Positions 19,336-30,875 of a DNA stretch of 64,000 nucleotides are shown in pieces. The notes below the pieces were generated by a model. That model was not told the origin of the DNA, made no database searches, and saw only the letters and a list, made by a program, of their open reading frames with translations. Source of the DNA: Bacteroidales bacterium. GTDB taxonomy: Bacteria; Bacteroidota; Bacteroidia; Bacteroidales; PXBB01. The translations under genes were made by a program, and so were the position numbers. How positions within the stretch are numbered: position 1 is the stretch's first letter; every line of letters begins with the position of its first letter. The DNA lies in NCBI GenBank assembly GCA_028698995.1, contig JAQVVM010000010.1:19857-83856 (forward strand), given 5' to 3'.

Positions 19336-22300
19336 TCAGGGGTTTGATACCAAAGTCACAATTCCCGAAATCTGTTTTTCCTCACCGTTTAATCCAATAA
19401 TGCGGATTATATAGAAATAGGTACCCGGAGACACGTCCTGTCCTTTGTATTTCCCGTCCCAGCCATCTGTGCCCCTATACAATTCCTGCCCCCATCTGTT
19501 AATTACTGTCAGGTCAACATCGGGCATAAATATACTGTTTTGTGATTCATTTGAAGCAGGGATAAAAGCATTAGGAATAGGTTTTGCTTTAATTTCAAGG
19601 GAATCATAACAAGCTGAATCCAGTGTTACATAAACGACATCACCACCTGTAAGGGTATTTGTTGCAAAAAGATTTGAATTACCTGTTTGTTCCATATTGG
19701 TATTTATAAAAAATGCATAAATACCCGAATAAGGGAATGAAGCCTCAGCCGTAAAATTAATAAGTGCACCAAGATTGACATAAATGGTGTTTTGCTGATA
19801 CGCATCGCTTGTCAGAGTAACATCTGAAACTACTGAAATGTTTGAAGTGTCAGAGTTAATGCAGCCATTACTATCCGTAAATGTATAAACAATAGGATAA
19901 ATGCCGGCAGTACCGGGGTCAAAAATATTATTAGACACAAAATTACCTGAATAACTTCCACCAGAGGGTGTACCTGCATCTAATAAAAGAGGTAAAATGC
20001 TTGTGTCAGAAATACAAATATTGCTGAAATGAGGCAAACTCACTAAAGGCAAGGGGTAAACTTGTATGGTGTTTGATTCGGTATTATTGCACCCATATAA
20101 ATCTGTATAAGAATAATTTAAAATATGATTACCAACTCCTGCAGACTGGGGGTTAAACACGCCATTAGTCACTCCAGCTCCGGAATAAGACCCACCGGAA
20201 GGGGTGGCGGTATTCAGGACAATAGGAACTGCATTTATGCAAACACCTGCAATAGAATCCGAAAAATCAATAACCGGCAAAGGAAGAATAGTAAGTGTAA
20301 TATTCTCAGTTACATCACGACATGTATTATTTCCGGATGCTGTAATTGAAAGGGTAACTTCTCCGGAGATGATATCATTATTACTTGGTGTATAAACAGG
20401 ATTTAGTATATTTATGTTGTTAAACTGACCGGTTCCTGATGTACTCCAACTGACAAGAGCGTAATTTGCAGCACTTACAGAAGTCTGATAGGAATTACCG
20501 GTGCAAATACTATCGGGAGAAAAAGTGATTACAGGCAGAAGTTCAACAGTTACCACAACATTATCGGTGGTTGTGCCGCAATTATTTTCATCAGTTACAG
20601 AGACTGTATAGGTTGTTGAAGCAGTTGGCATAACTGAAACAGTTGAAGAATTTCCAAGGCCATGACTCCAGACAAAAGTAGAATTTGTAAGACCTGTTGC
20701 TGAAAGAACAGCAGTATCACCTTCACAAATTGTTTGATCAACTCCTGCATTGGCAGTTGGCAAAGGGAACACATTGATGGTTTCTGTGGATGAGTTTATG
20801 CAATTATGATTATCAGAAATGGTGTATGTAATGATATGACTACCGACTCCTGCAGTAGCAGGATTAAATTGATTTGAAGAAACCCCCTGCCCTGAAAATG
20901 TGCCTCCGGTTGGCAAACCTGTTAATGTAAAGAGGGATCCATTAAGGCACAAGGAAGTATCTGAATTGGTCATCACAGGTGGTGCAGGTTCAATCAATGC
21001 CAGTGCAATCTGCCCTGTGGAAATTCCGCAGGGTGTATTCCCTGTTGCGGTTACAGTAAGGACAACATTCCCTGATACATTATCTGAAGTGCTTGGAGAG
21101 TAAATAGGATTAATTATAGCAGCATCACTGAAACTGCCTGTACCTGAGGTTGTCCAAAGAACAGATGCATAATTACTGATATTACCTGAAATCTGATAGG
21201 TACTACCTTTACATATAGTATCGGGGTTGGTGTTTATAACTGGAGCCAATATCACATTTACAACCACACTTGCAGTTGCAGTACCACAGTTATTGGCATC
21301 AGTAACAGAAACGGTATAAGTAGTAGAAGTTGAAGGGCTTACAGAAACGGTAGCCGTATTTCCGGCTCCATAATTCCACAAATATGTTGACCCTGGCAGT
21401 CCTGATGCAGTAAGAGTAGATGAAGTTCCCTGACAGATGGGGCTTGTAGCTACTGCTGATGCAGTTGGTTGTTGGTTAATAGTTATTACGACATTATCCG
21501 TTTTTGCTGTACATGGACCGGACGGATCGTTTGTAGTGAGAGTCAAAGTAGCAGTTCCTGCAGAAACTTCTGCAGCAGAGGGGGTATAAGTAGCATTCAT
21601 ACTAGATGTAGAAGAAAATGAACCTGTACCACCACTCCAAGTAGCACTTGTTGCTGTACTACCAAAACTGCCTGACAAAACGGCTGAGGTTCCGGCGCAG
21701 ATTGATTGGTCAGTACCTGCATCTACTGTAGGCTGGGCATTAATTGTAATAACCACATTGTCATTAACAGCCGGACAAGGACCACTTGGGTTATTGGTAG
21801 TAAGAGTAAGAGTTGCCGTACCTGCTGTTATTTGAGCTGTTGTAGGAGTATAAACGGCATTGAGAGTGGTTGCATTAGGACTGAAAGAAGTTCCACCACT
21901 CCATGTAGCACTTGTTGCTCCTCCACCAATTGTACCGGCCAATGACACTGTTGAACCGGCACAAATTGTTTGATCAAAACCAGCACTAACAGTAGGTATG
22001 GCGTTTATTGTAATAGTCATTGTGCTGCTAACAGCAGGACAAGGACCGCTTGGGTCATTGGTAGTTAGAGTAAGAGTTGCTGTACCGGCAGTTACCTGAG
22101 CTGCTGAGGGTGTATAAACGGCATTGAGAGTGGTAGTATTAGGACTGAATAAAGTTCCACCGCTCCATGTTGCGCTTGTTGCGCCACCTCCAATTGTACC
22201 GGCCAATGTTACTGTTGAACCAGCACAGATTGTTTGATCCAATCCTGCACTAACAGTGGCTGGTGTATTAACAGTTACAGTTACGGGGGTTCTTGTGGTG

Positions 22301-24033
22301 CTTACACAGCTTGGATCGCTGTTTGAAACTGTTTCCACATAATAAGTTGTTGTCGAAGTTGGACTTACAGAAAGAGGTGTACTCCCTAAGTTAGTTCCTC
22401 CTGTAGTTGCTGTATATACATTATAATAAACACTTGTTGAAGGACCACTGGCTGTAATTGATGTAGATTGCCCTGAACATATTGGATTTGGTGTGGCAGT
22501 AACAGTTGTTGCAGCTGCGGGAGGTACACATATAGTTTTAGTACATATATAAGAAGGTGTCAGTGTAATTGCTATTCTTGAAATTGAAATTACATTCGAG
22601 CCGGGTGTTCCTGACCAAGAATTATATAAAGGATCGGCAAACGTTGTTGGTCCAGCAGCAGCAGTAGGTGTAAAAGAAGTTGCAGGACAACCGATTAGGG
22701 GGGAATCTCCACTCGGATCTGTTTTGATAACATGATAATCGTAGTTTGTTCCACCAGCTGTCATGGACATTGTTATAAACCCATTGTCTGAAGTTTTGCC
22801 TCCTCTGGGTAATATTGAAACAAGGTCAAAATCATAACGTTTAGCCCAAACATTTGAAGTAGCTGTCGAATTTACCTTGTGTATAGCATTAGCAAAAACA
22901 AGACTGAAAGGTTTAATATACATCGACATGGTAACCAAATCAGTCCCGCCATTTACTTCATAAATTTGTGAAACATCTACAGGATCAGGTGTTCCAATAA
23001 ATGATGAATAGGTAAACAACCTGCTGAATGTGTTTGAAAAACCGCCACTGCCCGGAAATTTTTGAATCAACTCCTTACCATTATCATAACCCCCAGCAAT
23101 AATTGCTCCGGCACTTGTGACATTAACGGCTGATAAATATTTACTCGACTGAGTAGCCGAATTGCTTGGGCTATCAACTTGTTTATGATATGTAATTGAA
23201 CCTCCTGATGTTGTTTTTACAATTAAGGCATCAGTTGGTGTAGCATCATCACCATCTGAATTTGTTGCTGACAAATGTTGGTTAACATCATAACTACCCA
23301 CAGCAACATAACCATCACTTACCTCAACTACATCATAAAAACTTGCATCATTATATATTCTGTTGGCAGGAATGTTGGATGTTGCATAATATCTAAATAC
23401 TTTATGCCATAAATGATTACCACTTGCATCAAACTTCACAATCAAAGGAGAGGCAATTTTCTCAGTTTGAGAATCGCCATTACCATCAATATATGTAATA
23501 GGGTCGAATTTGATTTCTGGTCCGGCACCATCAGGGTCGTAACCTGTAACATACCCAACGGCAACATAGCCTCCATCTGAAGCTTTTATAACCCTATTGA
23601 AGGAGGCAGTATTAGCTTCGTTAATGATGAATTTTTTTTGAATTATCACAACACCTGCAGCATCTAATACCATAAAAACTGCAGCATTTGATTCACTTCC
23701 TCCGCAGGTAATGTATTGATTATTAACAACATCTTTTTTGATATCATTCAATTGAAATCCAATTGATCCATCGGAGTATCTGTACGACCATGTAACTGCA
23801 CCAGTGTCGTTTATTTGTGATACAGTGCCATATATTGGTATAAAACTCATATTTGTTCCAGCCATTACATACGTATTGGCCGTTAATCCCTCAACAATAT
23901 TACCGGGCAAATCAAACATTGCTTGATTATAGTTTTTTCTAAATGCAGTTGTTGTTTGTGCTGTCATTGTATTCAGAATCAAAAAACAAAAAACTATTGA
24001 AAGGAAATGAATAGGGGATATTCTATTTTTCAT
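19336..24033 (-). CDS. Giant (1565 aa) cell-surface adhesin-like protein with T9SS type B (gliding-motility C-terminal) sorting domain
   Basis: Signal peptide. N-terminal repeat region, then many Ig-like modules (DQTICxG...TxTYTVxVTDxNxC). C-terminus PNAFIP...IFMP...VINRWGQELY..GWDGKYKGQDVSPGTYFYII matches the type B CTD. Confidence 0.8.
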   Translation of the reverse strand: MKNRISPIHFLSIVFCFLILNTMTAQTTTAFRKNYNQAMFDLPGNIVEGLTANTYVMAGTNMSFIPIYGTVSQINDTGAVTWSYRYSDGSIGFQLNDIKKDVVNNQYITCGGSESNAAVFMVLDAAGVVIIQKKFIINEANTASFNRVIKASDGGYVAVGYVTGYDPDGAGPEIKFDPITYIDGNGDSQTEKIASPLIVKFDASGNHLWHKVFRYYATSNIPANRIYNDASFYDVVEVSDGYVAVGSYDVNQHLSATNSDGDDATPTDALIVKTTSGGSITYHKQVDSPSNSATQSSKYLSAVNVTSAGAIIAGGYDNGKELIQKFPGSGGFSNTFSRLFTYSSFIGTPDPVDVSQIYEVNGGTDLVTMSMYIKPFSLVFANAIHKVNSTATSNVWAKRYDFDLVSILPRGGKTSDNGFITMSMTAGGTNYDYHVIKTDPSGDSPLIGCPATSFTPTAAAGPTTFADPLYNSWSGTPGSNVISISRIAITLTPSYICTKTICVPPAAATTVTATPNPICSGQSTSITASGPSTSVYYNVYTATTGGTNLGSTPLSVSPTSTTTYYVETVSNSDPSCVSTTRTPVTVTVNTPATVSAGLDQTICAGSTVTLAGTIGGGATSATWSGGTLFSPNTTTLNAVYTPSAAQVTAGTATLTLTTNDPSGPCPAVSSTMTITINAIPTVSAGFDQTICAGSTVSLAGTIGGGATSATWSGGTSFSPNATTLNAVYTPTTAQITAGTATLTLTTNNPSGPCPAVNDNVVITINAQPTVDAGTDQSICAGTSAVLSGSFGSTATSATWSGGTGSFSSTSSMNATYTPSAAEVSAGTATLTLTTNDPSGPCTAKTDNVVITINQQPTASAVATSPICQGTSSTLTASGLPGSTYLWNYGAGNTATVSVSPSTSTTYTVSVTDANNCGTATASVVVNVILAPVINTNPDTICKGSTYQISGNISNYASVLWTTSGTGSFSDAAIINPIYSPSTSDNVSGNVVLTVTATGNTPCGISTGQIALALIEPAPPVMTNSDTSLCLNGSLFTLTGLPTGGTFSGQGVSSNQFNPATAGVGSHIITYTISDNHNCINSSTETINVFPLPTANAGVDQTICEGDTAVLSATGLTNSTFVWSHGLGNSSTVSVMPTASTTYTVSVTDENNCGTTTDNVVVTVELLPVITFSPDSICTGNSYQTSVSAANYALVSWSTSGTGQFNNINILNPVYTPSNNDIISGEVTLSITASGNNTCRDVTENITLTILPLPVIDFSDSIAGVCINAVPIVLNTATPSGGSYSGAGVTNGVFNPQSAGVGNHILNYSYTDLYGCNNTESNTIQVYPLPLVSLPHFSNICISDTSILPLLLDAGTPSGGSYSGNFVSNNIFDPGTAGIYPIVYTFTDSNGCINSDTSNISVVSDVTLTSDAYQQNTIYVNLGALINFTAEASFPYSGIYAFFINTNMEQTGNSNLFATNTLTGGDVVYVTLDSACYDSLEIKAKPIPNAFIPASNESQNSIFMPDVDLTVINRWGQELYRGTDGWDGKYKGQDVSPGTYFYIIRIIGLNGEEKQISGIVTLVSNP
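21471..22262 (-). repeat. Three tandem in-frame 264-nt (88-aa) coding repeats
   Basis: The TVSAG(L/F)DQTICAGSTV.LAGTIGGGATSATWSGGT...TLTLTTN(D/N)PSGPC unit occurs three times. The phase markers gcacagat/gcacaaat/gcgcagat at 22223, 21959 and 21695 are exactly 264 nt apart. Confidence 0.85.
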
Positions 24034-24140
24034 ATTAAAATTATTTACAATTAAGAATATGTTTATATCAAGTAATAGATTAAATTATATTTTGCACTGA
24101 CAAATATATAAATATTTTTAATAAACAACACAAAATAAAA

Positions 24141-24166
24141 AAAGCCTTTTCGTACGAAAAGGCTTT
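24141..24166 (-). terminator. Rho-independent terminator after the 24188 gene
   Basis: Perfect 12-bp stem aaagccttttcg/cgaaaaggcttt with a 2-nt loop, followed on the minus strand by a T-run (ttttttatttt). Confidence 0.75.
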
Positions 24167-24187
24167 CAAAAAAGATTACAGGTCTCT

Positions 24188-27100
24188 TTATTTTGAAACA
24201 AGTGTTACAGTACCGGTAAATTGCTTTTCTTCTCCGGAAAGGTCAACAATTTTTATAATGTAGAAATACGTACCCGGAGAAACATTTTGTTCTTCGAATT
24301 TGCCATTCCAGCCCTCAGTTCCATTGTACAATTCTTGTCCCCAGCGATTAATAATAGTTAAATCAACATTAGGCATAAATAAAGCATTGGCAGCATCACT
24401 ACCAAAAGGAATAAAAGCATTGGGTACTGGTTTTACATTGATCAATACCGAGTCTGTACATGCCTGATTAAGAGTAACATAAACAACATTACCTGCCATT
24501 AATGTATTTGTAGCATAAAGATTAGAAGTCCCTGACTGTTTCTCAACAGTGTTCACTTCGAACACATATGTTCCTAAATTATCAGGATCGGCTGTAAAGT
24601 TTACGATTTGCCCTAAATCCACATAAATTGAATTACCCGGGGCATCACTTGTTAAAGTAACATCAGGTACAATCGTTATAACAGAGAAGGCAGTATCAGA
24701 ACAACCGATGCTATCTGTAAAGACATAAGATATAGTATCCTGACCAACACCTGCCTGAGAGGCGCTGAATAATGAATCATTTATCACACCACTTCCAAAA
24801 TAATCACCTCCGGTCGGAGTGCCACCTGTTAATAAAAGAGGATTATCTGAAACACAGATATTGTTAAAACTATTCAGTGCAACAATTGGTAAAGGATTAA
24901 CTTTAATGGTATTGGTAGAAGAGTTTGTACAACCAAGCACTGATATGGTATAAGTTATAGTGTGTGTACCATCACCGGCTACTGTAGGGTTGAACTGGTT
25001 ATTGCTTACACCGGGGCCCGTGTATGTACCACCAACAGGGGTTCCTCCGGTGAGAGTCATAGGAGAAGCATTTTCACACAAAGGAGTGAAGACATTTGAA
25101 AAAGAAGGAGCAGGAGGAATTGGTACTATAACAAGATTAATATTAACTGTCGAATCATTACATGTGACGCTATTGGCTGTGACATAAACAGACAATGTAA
25201 CAGTCCCATTGCTGGTATCTGCAGCGCTTGGGGTATAAGTAGGATTTGGGGTAGTAGTACTATTGAAAGTACCTGTGCCGCTGGTTGTCCATGCAAGAGA
25301 AGCATAGTTTGAAAGAGAACCGGCAACCGTATAATTTTCGCCGGCACAAATAGAATCACTGGCGGGAAGATTAATCTGAGGAGCAGCAACAACAGTTACA
25401 GTGACATCAGCTGAAACGCTGTTACAAACATTTGAAGCAACTACAGTATAAGTTGTTGTCACACTTGGAGAGGCTGTAACGGTTGCACCACTTGTAGAAG
25501 ATAAACCTGTTGAAGGACTCCAAGTATAAGTTGTAACATAATCAGCATTAGCTGTTAGGGTAGAACTTGTACCCTGACAAATAACCTGTGGTGTACTTGT
25601 AATACCATGAATCAAAGGATCAGGAGAGATTGTAACGATAACACTGGCAGAGTGTGAACAAGGTGTCGGGATATCGCTGTCTGTAATTGTTAAAGTATAG
25701 GTTGTAGTAACTGTAGGACTAACAATCGGCCTGTCAATATTACTGGTAAATCCGGGAGGGTTTGAAGACCAACTGTAAGAATAACCAGGGGTTCCATTCA
25801 TGGCTGTTTCACCGTTTGGGCCGCCACCACCGAGTTGAATAGATCCTGTTAAACAGACGGTTGTATCATTTCCGGGTAAGGCTGTACATTGTCCATAGCA
25901 CAAGTATTCTTCACCAATATTAGGACTCTTAACAAGTATGTCAATTGCAGCAACAGCAGATCCGGTAGAAAGATTAGGAGGCGTTATAGGCTCAGAAGCT
26001 GGTGCATAAACAGCTTTAATTGGCTTAACAATTGACTCGCTACATCCACTTTCACCAATAGTATTGGTTTTTACAAGTTTATAACCAAGGCCGGTTCCAG
26101 AAACTGGGATACCGCATCCTCCAATCAAATAACCGCCATTGGTTAATTGCTGGCCATCATTCCAAATTGAGTAACCTTGACTTAAATTAATGGGCATACC
26201 GCTTACAGAATCTTTATATGTTTTACAGAAAACGGTATCTCCATTTAAATCTAGTTTCAACATATAATTACTAAAGGACACAATACTCGTCAGACTAAAA
26301 TTTGTTGTCACACCAAAAAGGGCATAACCAGGGTTTACAGATGTTTCCTGTGCAGAATAGCCGAAAGTAATTCCTAAAGACAAAAGACTTCCAATTTTAT
26401 AAACATTTTGAAATTCATAAACATCAGAACTGTTTAACTTCCATAAGAAAGGTTCTACACCGGTAAGAATTTCAGCATTTCCGGAAATTATATAGCCTCC
26501 GTCAGAAGTTTTACTTATTGATTGCCCTTCTTCGCTGCTGTTATCTTCACCATACGTTTCTGCCCATAAGAGATTACCACCTGAACTAAGTCTCATTAAA
26601 AGAATGTCTGTAGTAGTATCACCATTAGGAAAAATCTCAGTAGTGTAACCTGTTATAACATAATCGTTGTTAGGCAATTGCTCTACTTCTGTTGCCTGAT
26701 CGTCGTAATTAGGGCTGATACGGTAAACTCTATCCCATGATAGCGTACCATTGCTTGTGGTTTTAACAATAAAAACATTGGAAGCAGTTTTAGTACTCTC
26801 AAAATCCGTAGAATAACCTACACAAATATAACCGCCATCAGCAGTTTGTTTTACAAATTTCCCATAGGTACTTCCTGAACCATATGTTTTTGCCCATGTT
26901 ACAACACTGCCATCAGCATTAGTTTTCAGAAGAAGCATTTTGTCATTAAGGCTACCTGTCATAATAAAGCCACCGTCACTGGTCTGTTGGACACAACCTC
27001 CAATAGTAGAAGCGGTAAAATCTTCAAGAATGCAATTTCCAAGCAGTACCTGAGCACATCTTGTATATGACCTCTGCCACATGATATTGCTGTACTGATT

Positions 27101-27340
27101 AATTTTTATCAAAGTCATTTTCGGGAAAAGCAAATCTGCTAAATTCCAACCCTGAAAAACAAAATTCCCATCGGATGTTTGCTCTACACTTTCAGTAAAG
27201 TGGTGGGCTCCAGCCGGTAAAAGACCTTGTACTGTATAATTTTTCTGAAAAACCTGAGCATTGAGCTTTGTTGTTACCAACAGCACACACATGACAAAGA
27301 GGATTTTTGAAAAAACATTAAACGTAAAATACTGCTTCAT
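24188..27340 (-). CDS. Large (1050 aa) adhesin-like protein with T9SS type B sorting domain, paralogous to the 19336 gene
   Basis: The C-terminal ~450 aa are collinear with the 1565-aa neighbour. CTD PNAFIPFGSDAANALFMP..IINRWGQELYNGTEGWNGKFEEQNVSPGTYFYII. Confidence 0.8.
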   Translation of the reverse strand: MKQYFTFNVFSKILFVMCVLLVTTKLNAQVFQKNYTVQGLLPAGAHHFTESVEQTSDGNFVFQGWNLADLLFPKMTLIKINQYSNIMWQRSYTRCAQVLLGNCILEDFTASTIGGCVQQTSDGGFIMTGSLNDKMLLLKTNADGSVVTWAKTYGSGSTYGKFVKQTADGGYICVGYSTDFESTKTASNVFIVKTTSNGTLSWDRVYRISPNYDDQATEVEQLPNNDYVITGYTTEIFPNGDTTTDILLMRLSSGGNLLWAETYGEDNSSEEGQSISKTSDGGYIISGNAEILTGVEPFLWKLNSSDVYEFQNVYKIGSLLSLGITFGYSAQETSVNPGYALFGVTTNFSLTSIVSFSNYMLKLDLNGDTVFCKTYKDSVSGMPINLSQGYSIWNDGQQLTNGGYLIGGCGIPVSGTGLGYKLVKTNTIGESGCSESIVKPIKAVYAPASEPITPPNLSTGSAVAAIDILVKSPNIGEEYLCYGQCTALPGNDTTVCLTGSIQLGGGGPNGETAMNGTPGYSYSWSSNPPGFTSNIDRPIVSPTVTTTYTLTITDSDIPTPCSHSASVIVTISPDPLIHGITSTPQVICQGTSSTLTANADYVTTYTWSPSTGLSSTSGATVTASPSVTTTYTVVASNVCNSVSADVTVTVVAAPQINLPASDSICAGENYTVAGSLSNYASLAWTTSGTGTFNSTTTPNPTYTPSAADTSNGTVTLSVYVTANSVTCNDSTVNINLVIVPIPPAPSFSNVFTPLCENASPMTLTGGTPVGGTYTGPGVSNNQFNPTVAGDGTHTITYTISVLGCTNSSTNTIKVNPLPIVALNSFNNICVSDNPLLLTGGTPTGGDYFGSGVINDSLFSASQAGVGQDTISYVFTDSIGCSDTAFSVITIVPDVTLTSDAPGNSIYVDLGQIVNFTADPDNLGTYVFEVNTVEKQSGTSNLYATNTLMAGNVVYVTLNQACTDSVLINVKPVPNAFIPFGSDAANALFMPNVDLTIINRWGQELYNGTEGWNGKFEEQNVSPGTYFYIIKIVDLSGEEKQFTGTVTLVSK

Positions 27341-27518
27341 AATCAGATGTTATTTGTAAATAATATTAATATATTAATTTGATGATAATACGATTAGCAA
27401 AATAAAAAGACTGACAAATTTAAAATTAAATTTAATATTCTACAATTTATTTAAAAATATTTTTCTTATTTTTTTTTTTGCTAAAAACTTCAATATACAG
27501 GTAAAATTTATATTCCTT

Positions 27519-30500
27519 TTATCTGAAAAGAGTTACAGTACCAAAATACCTTCTTTTCTCGGCATTAAAATCCTCAACAATCACCATCCATGTATACACT
27601 CCTTCAGGCAATAAATTTTCAGTATTTGCAGAGAATCCATTCCAACCTTTATTTAAGTCATCTGATTTAAAATGTAGTTTTCCCCATCTGTCGAAAATGT
27701 AAAGGACAAATTCATCATTATTAAAACCAGTACCATAAACAGAAAAAATTTCGTTTAATCCGTCACCGTCCGGAGAAAATGCACTGGGTGCATAAAACAT
27801 GAGGTTGTGTCTGATATTCACTTCTTTACAGACAGTATCTATACAATTAAAGGAACTTTCAACGTCAAGACACACTGTATAAGTTCCTGCAGACATATAT
27901 GAATGCAAAGGAGAAGGTAGAGTAGAGAAGTTTTCATTAGCTGAATTTTGGTCTCCAAAATCCCAAAGCCATGATACAGCATTTAAGGATTGGTCAGTAA
28001 ATTGAATAGGTGTATTTTCGTAATTATTATCTGCAACAACAAAACTGAAGTTTGCAACAGGGTCAGGATAAACTGTGATCATCTGGTTTTGCGTGAGATT
28101 GTTAGAACAACCATCTGTTGAAGTAAGGGTGAGAGATATACTAAAAGTACCGGATGTATTGAATGTATGGGTTGGATTTTGAATAGTTGAAGTATTCGAA
28201 GCCCCCGAAGAGGGGTCATTAAAATTCCAGAGATAAGAAGCAATATTATCATTTATGAGGGACGAAAAAACAACAGAAAGAGGACGGCAACCATTGTTGA
28301 TATTGGCAGAAAAGTCCACATCCGGAATTGGAGAAACTGTAATGACAACCTCATCCTGGGCAGAACATCCGTAATTATCACTTACAATTACTGAGTATGT
28401 CGTTTCTGAAGTTGGATTAACTGTAATTGAACTCGTTTGATCACCTGTATTCCATTCATAATTACTACCTCCGGATGCGGTAAGAGTAGCACTCTGACCA
28501 ATACATATATTCTGATCCTGACCGGCATCTGCATTTGGAGGACTGTGCACATTAACTGTAACAGAGGCAGTTTGTGTACAAGCATTATTATCAACAACAG
28601 TAACAATATAGGTTTGGGTTGCGGAAGGCGAAACCGTAATAGTTGCAGCTACTCCCCCATTACTCCATTCGTATTGATTACCTCCTGTTGCAGTTAAATC
28701 TGTTGTAGCACCAGAACAGATGTCCTGGTCAAGGCCGGCATCTGCATTGGGCAAAGGATAAACAGTAATTGTTGCCATTCCTGAATCGGGTGTACAACCC
28801 GGTTCAGTAACAACGACAGAGATTGTATAGGTGCCTGCTGATGTCCAGCTTACGCTATGCGGGCCCTGTCCATTTCCAGGAATAGCAGTACCACCATCAA
28901 AATTCCACACATAATTACTTGTAGGAGTGCCTGTTACACTAACTGAAATATTTTGGCCCATACAAACAGGCGAATTTGTTGTAAATATAGGTGTTGGTGT
29001 TACACATGTTGAGCAGTTCGGGTTGGTTGCATCGAGTACAACAACCGGTTGAGAGGAAGAAGCAGAACAACCACTTTCGGTGACATCTAATGTTATGGTC
29101 ATGGAGCCGGAATTTGCCCAGCTAACCTGATATGGGCCCTGTCCACTTCCAGAGATTACAGACCCACCAGAAAAATTCCAGTTGTAAGTAGCATTAGCTG
29201 TAGCACTACCGGTATATGTAATTGTGGAAGGCTGATTCGGACAAACGGGTGTAACAACAGTAAATGTTGCCGTGGGACCCGGGTTAACAATCACAGAAAT
29301 AGTTGCTTGTGCTCCTACACAGCCGGGTTCTGTAGCAGTTAAGGTAACATTATATGTTCCGGGAGTATTCCATGAAACATCATGAGGACCTGCTCCTGTA
29401 CCTGGAGTTGCGGCACCACCATCAAAATTCCACGAAAAAGTAGTTCCTGTGGCAAAAGTGGAAGCATTTGAAATGGTAATTGTTGCACTATTGCCAAGGC
29501 AGATGGGAGAAGTAGAAGTAAGCACAGGTGTCGGGGTGACACAAGTGGCTCCGCAATTGATGACATTTACAGGGATTGTTACAGCATGTGCACAGGCATT
29601 GAGTACATCCAAAGCAGTCAATGTAACTTGCTGAACACCAACAGTGTTATAAGTATATGTTGGATTGGTACTCGTTGATTCGGGCAAGCCACCCGCTACA
29701 AAAACCCAAGAAAAAATTGTCGGGTTATCGGTGCATATACATAATGGTCCATTAGGACATCCAATACCAACACAAGTCTGTAATATAGTTGTTGTACTTG
29801 TAAATTGAATGGGCTGCCCTACACACGCAGGATTAGGAGCATACGTAAAATTAGCTGTAGGGGCAGGTTTAAGATTAACCGGAAATGTAACCACTTTAAT
29901 ACAAGCGCCACCTGTTACAGTAACTTTATATTGGGTATTTCCTGTTGGAGTAACTGTAATTGATTGGGTTGTTGCACCATTACTCCAAGTATAACCTGTA
30001 CCTGTAGGAGCATTCAGAGTCAAGTCCGAGCCATTACAATGATTAATAGTTGGTTTGGTTTCAAAAATAGTATCTGTAATATTAATAGTTACACTTGCAG
30101 TAGCAGTACAACCGCTATTATCAGTAAGTGTAGCCGTATAAGTTGTAGTAGTGGTCGGGTGAACGGTAGGGGGAAAATACCCACTGGCACCGTTTGACCA
30201 TGTAACTGTAGCATTGGGAGGAGGTACTGAAATAACAACATTATCCAAACCCCAGTGGTCGTATTCATTACCACTGCTTGAAGTTTGTGCCCATCTAAAT
30301 CGGGTGCTTACAGACCATGCAGCTTGAGGAATATTAAAACAATATTCCTGCCATTGGGTTAAAAATGGGTCATTACCCCCATTAGGATGAAAGTAATTAA
30401 TATCTGTCCAAGGTCCGTTATTCACAGAATATTGCAAGTATATGCCTTCATCAGGCAGGTCTGGTCCTTCACAAGGAGAAGCAGCTCCCTGGGTGGCATA

Positions 30501-30875
30501 TTTCATTTCAAAACATATGGTGCCTCCGTTAGAAACATCAAAGGGGATGGTTGTTACATTACGGGGCGCAGGGGATGTACTACCCAACCATAAATGCGTT
30601 GTACCATCCAAGCCAGGACCGCATGGATTTGAAAACATGGCCTGATTTGTGGATTGCCAGCCGGAACCAATAGTGCCACTGTTGAAATTGTTGTTCATCA
30701 ACAACTGATTGCAGGAAGTAACGGCAGAGAGATTAACTGCTTCTCCTGCACAAATAGTAACAGGTGATCCGGAAGCCGTTATAGTACAATTGGATGGGCA
30801 TTGTGCTTTCAGATTCTGGGAAAGAGAAAGAAATGCAAACAAAACCAGAAATATGCACCTATTTTTAATATTCAT
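27519..30875 (-). CDS. Large (1118 aa) multi-PKD/Ig-like protein with T9SS type B sorting domain
   Basis: Several PKD-like units (WNFDGGAATPGTGAGPHDVSWNTPGTYNVTLT, WNFNDPSSGASNTSTIQNPTHTFNTSGTFSISLT, WDFGDQNS...). CTD PSAFSPDGDGLNEIFSVYG...IFDRWGKLHF..GWNG...EGVYTWMV. Confidence 0.8.
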   Translation of the reverse strand: MNIKNRCIFLVLFAFLSLSQNLKAQCPSNCTITASGSPVTICAGEAVNLSAVTSCNQLLMNNNFNSGTIGSGWQSTNQAMFSNPCGPGLDGTTHLWLGSTSPAPRNVTTIPFDVSNGGTICFEMKYATQGAASPCEGPDLPDEGIYLQYSVNNGPWTDINYFHPNGGNDPFLTQWQEYCFNIPQAAWSVSTRFRWAQTSSSGNEYDHWGLDNVVISVPPPNATVTWSNGASGYFPPTVHPTTTTTYTATLTDNSGCTATASVTINITDTIFETKPTINHCNGSDLTLNAPTGTGYTWSNGATTQSITVTPTGNTQYKVTVTGGACIKVVTFPVNLKPAPTANFTYAPNPACVGQPIQFTSTTTILQTCVGIGCPNGPLCICTDNPTIFSWVFVAGGLPESTSTNPTYTYNTVGVQQVTLTALDVLNACAHAVTIPVNVINCGATCVTPTPVLTSTSPICLGNSATITISNASTFATGTTFSWNFDGGAATPGTGAGPHDVSWNTPGTYNVTLTATEPGCVGAQATISVIVNPGPTATFTVVTPVCPNQPSTITYTGSATANATYNWNFSGGSVISGSGQGPYQVSWANSGSMTITLDVTESGCSASSSQPVVVLDATNPNCSTCVTPTPIFTTNSPVCMGQNISVSVTGTPTSNYVWNFDGGTAIPGNGQGPHSVSWTSAGTYTISVVVTEPGCTPDSGMATITVYPLPNADAGLDQDICSGATTDLTATGGNQYEWSNGGVAATITVSPSATQTYIVTVVDNNACTQTASVTVNVHSPPNADAGQDQNICIGQSATLTASGGSNYEWNTGDQTSSITVNPTSETTYSVIVSDNYGCSAQDEVVITVSPIPDVDFSANINNGCRPLSVVFSSLINDNIASYLWNFNDPSSGASNTSTIQNPTHTFNTSGTFSISLTLTSTDGCSNNLTQNQMITVYPDPVANFSFVVADNNYENTPIQFTDQSLNAVSWLWDFGDQNSANENFSTLPSPLHSYMSAGTYTVCLDVESSFNCIDTVCKEVNIRHNLMFYAPSAFSPDGDGLNEIFSVYGTGFNNDEFVLYIFDRWGKLHFKSDDLNKGWNGFSANTENLLPEGVYTWMVIVEDFNAEKRRYFGTVTLFR

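Noticed and set aside
14073-30645. Dozens of 60-110-aa ORFs inside the giant adhesin genes on both strands (e.g. 14107..14403, 20125..20395, 21706..21945, 25126..25392, 28388..28697, 29339..30274)
   Set aside because: All are nested within long ORFs that have clear domain content. They arise from the Thr/Gly/Ser-rich, stop-poor repeat sequence. None has independent start or promoter context.
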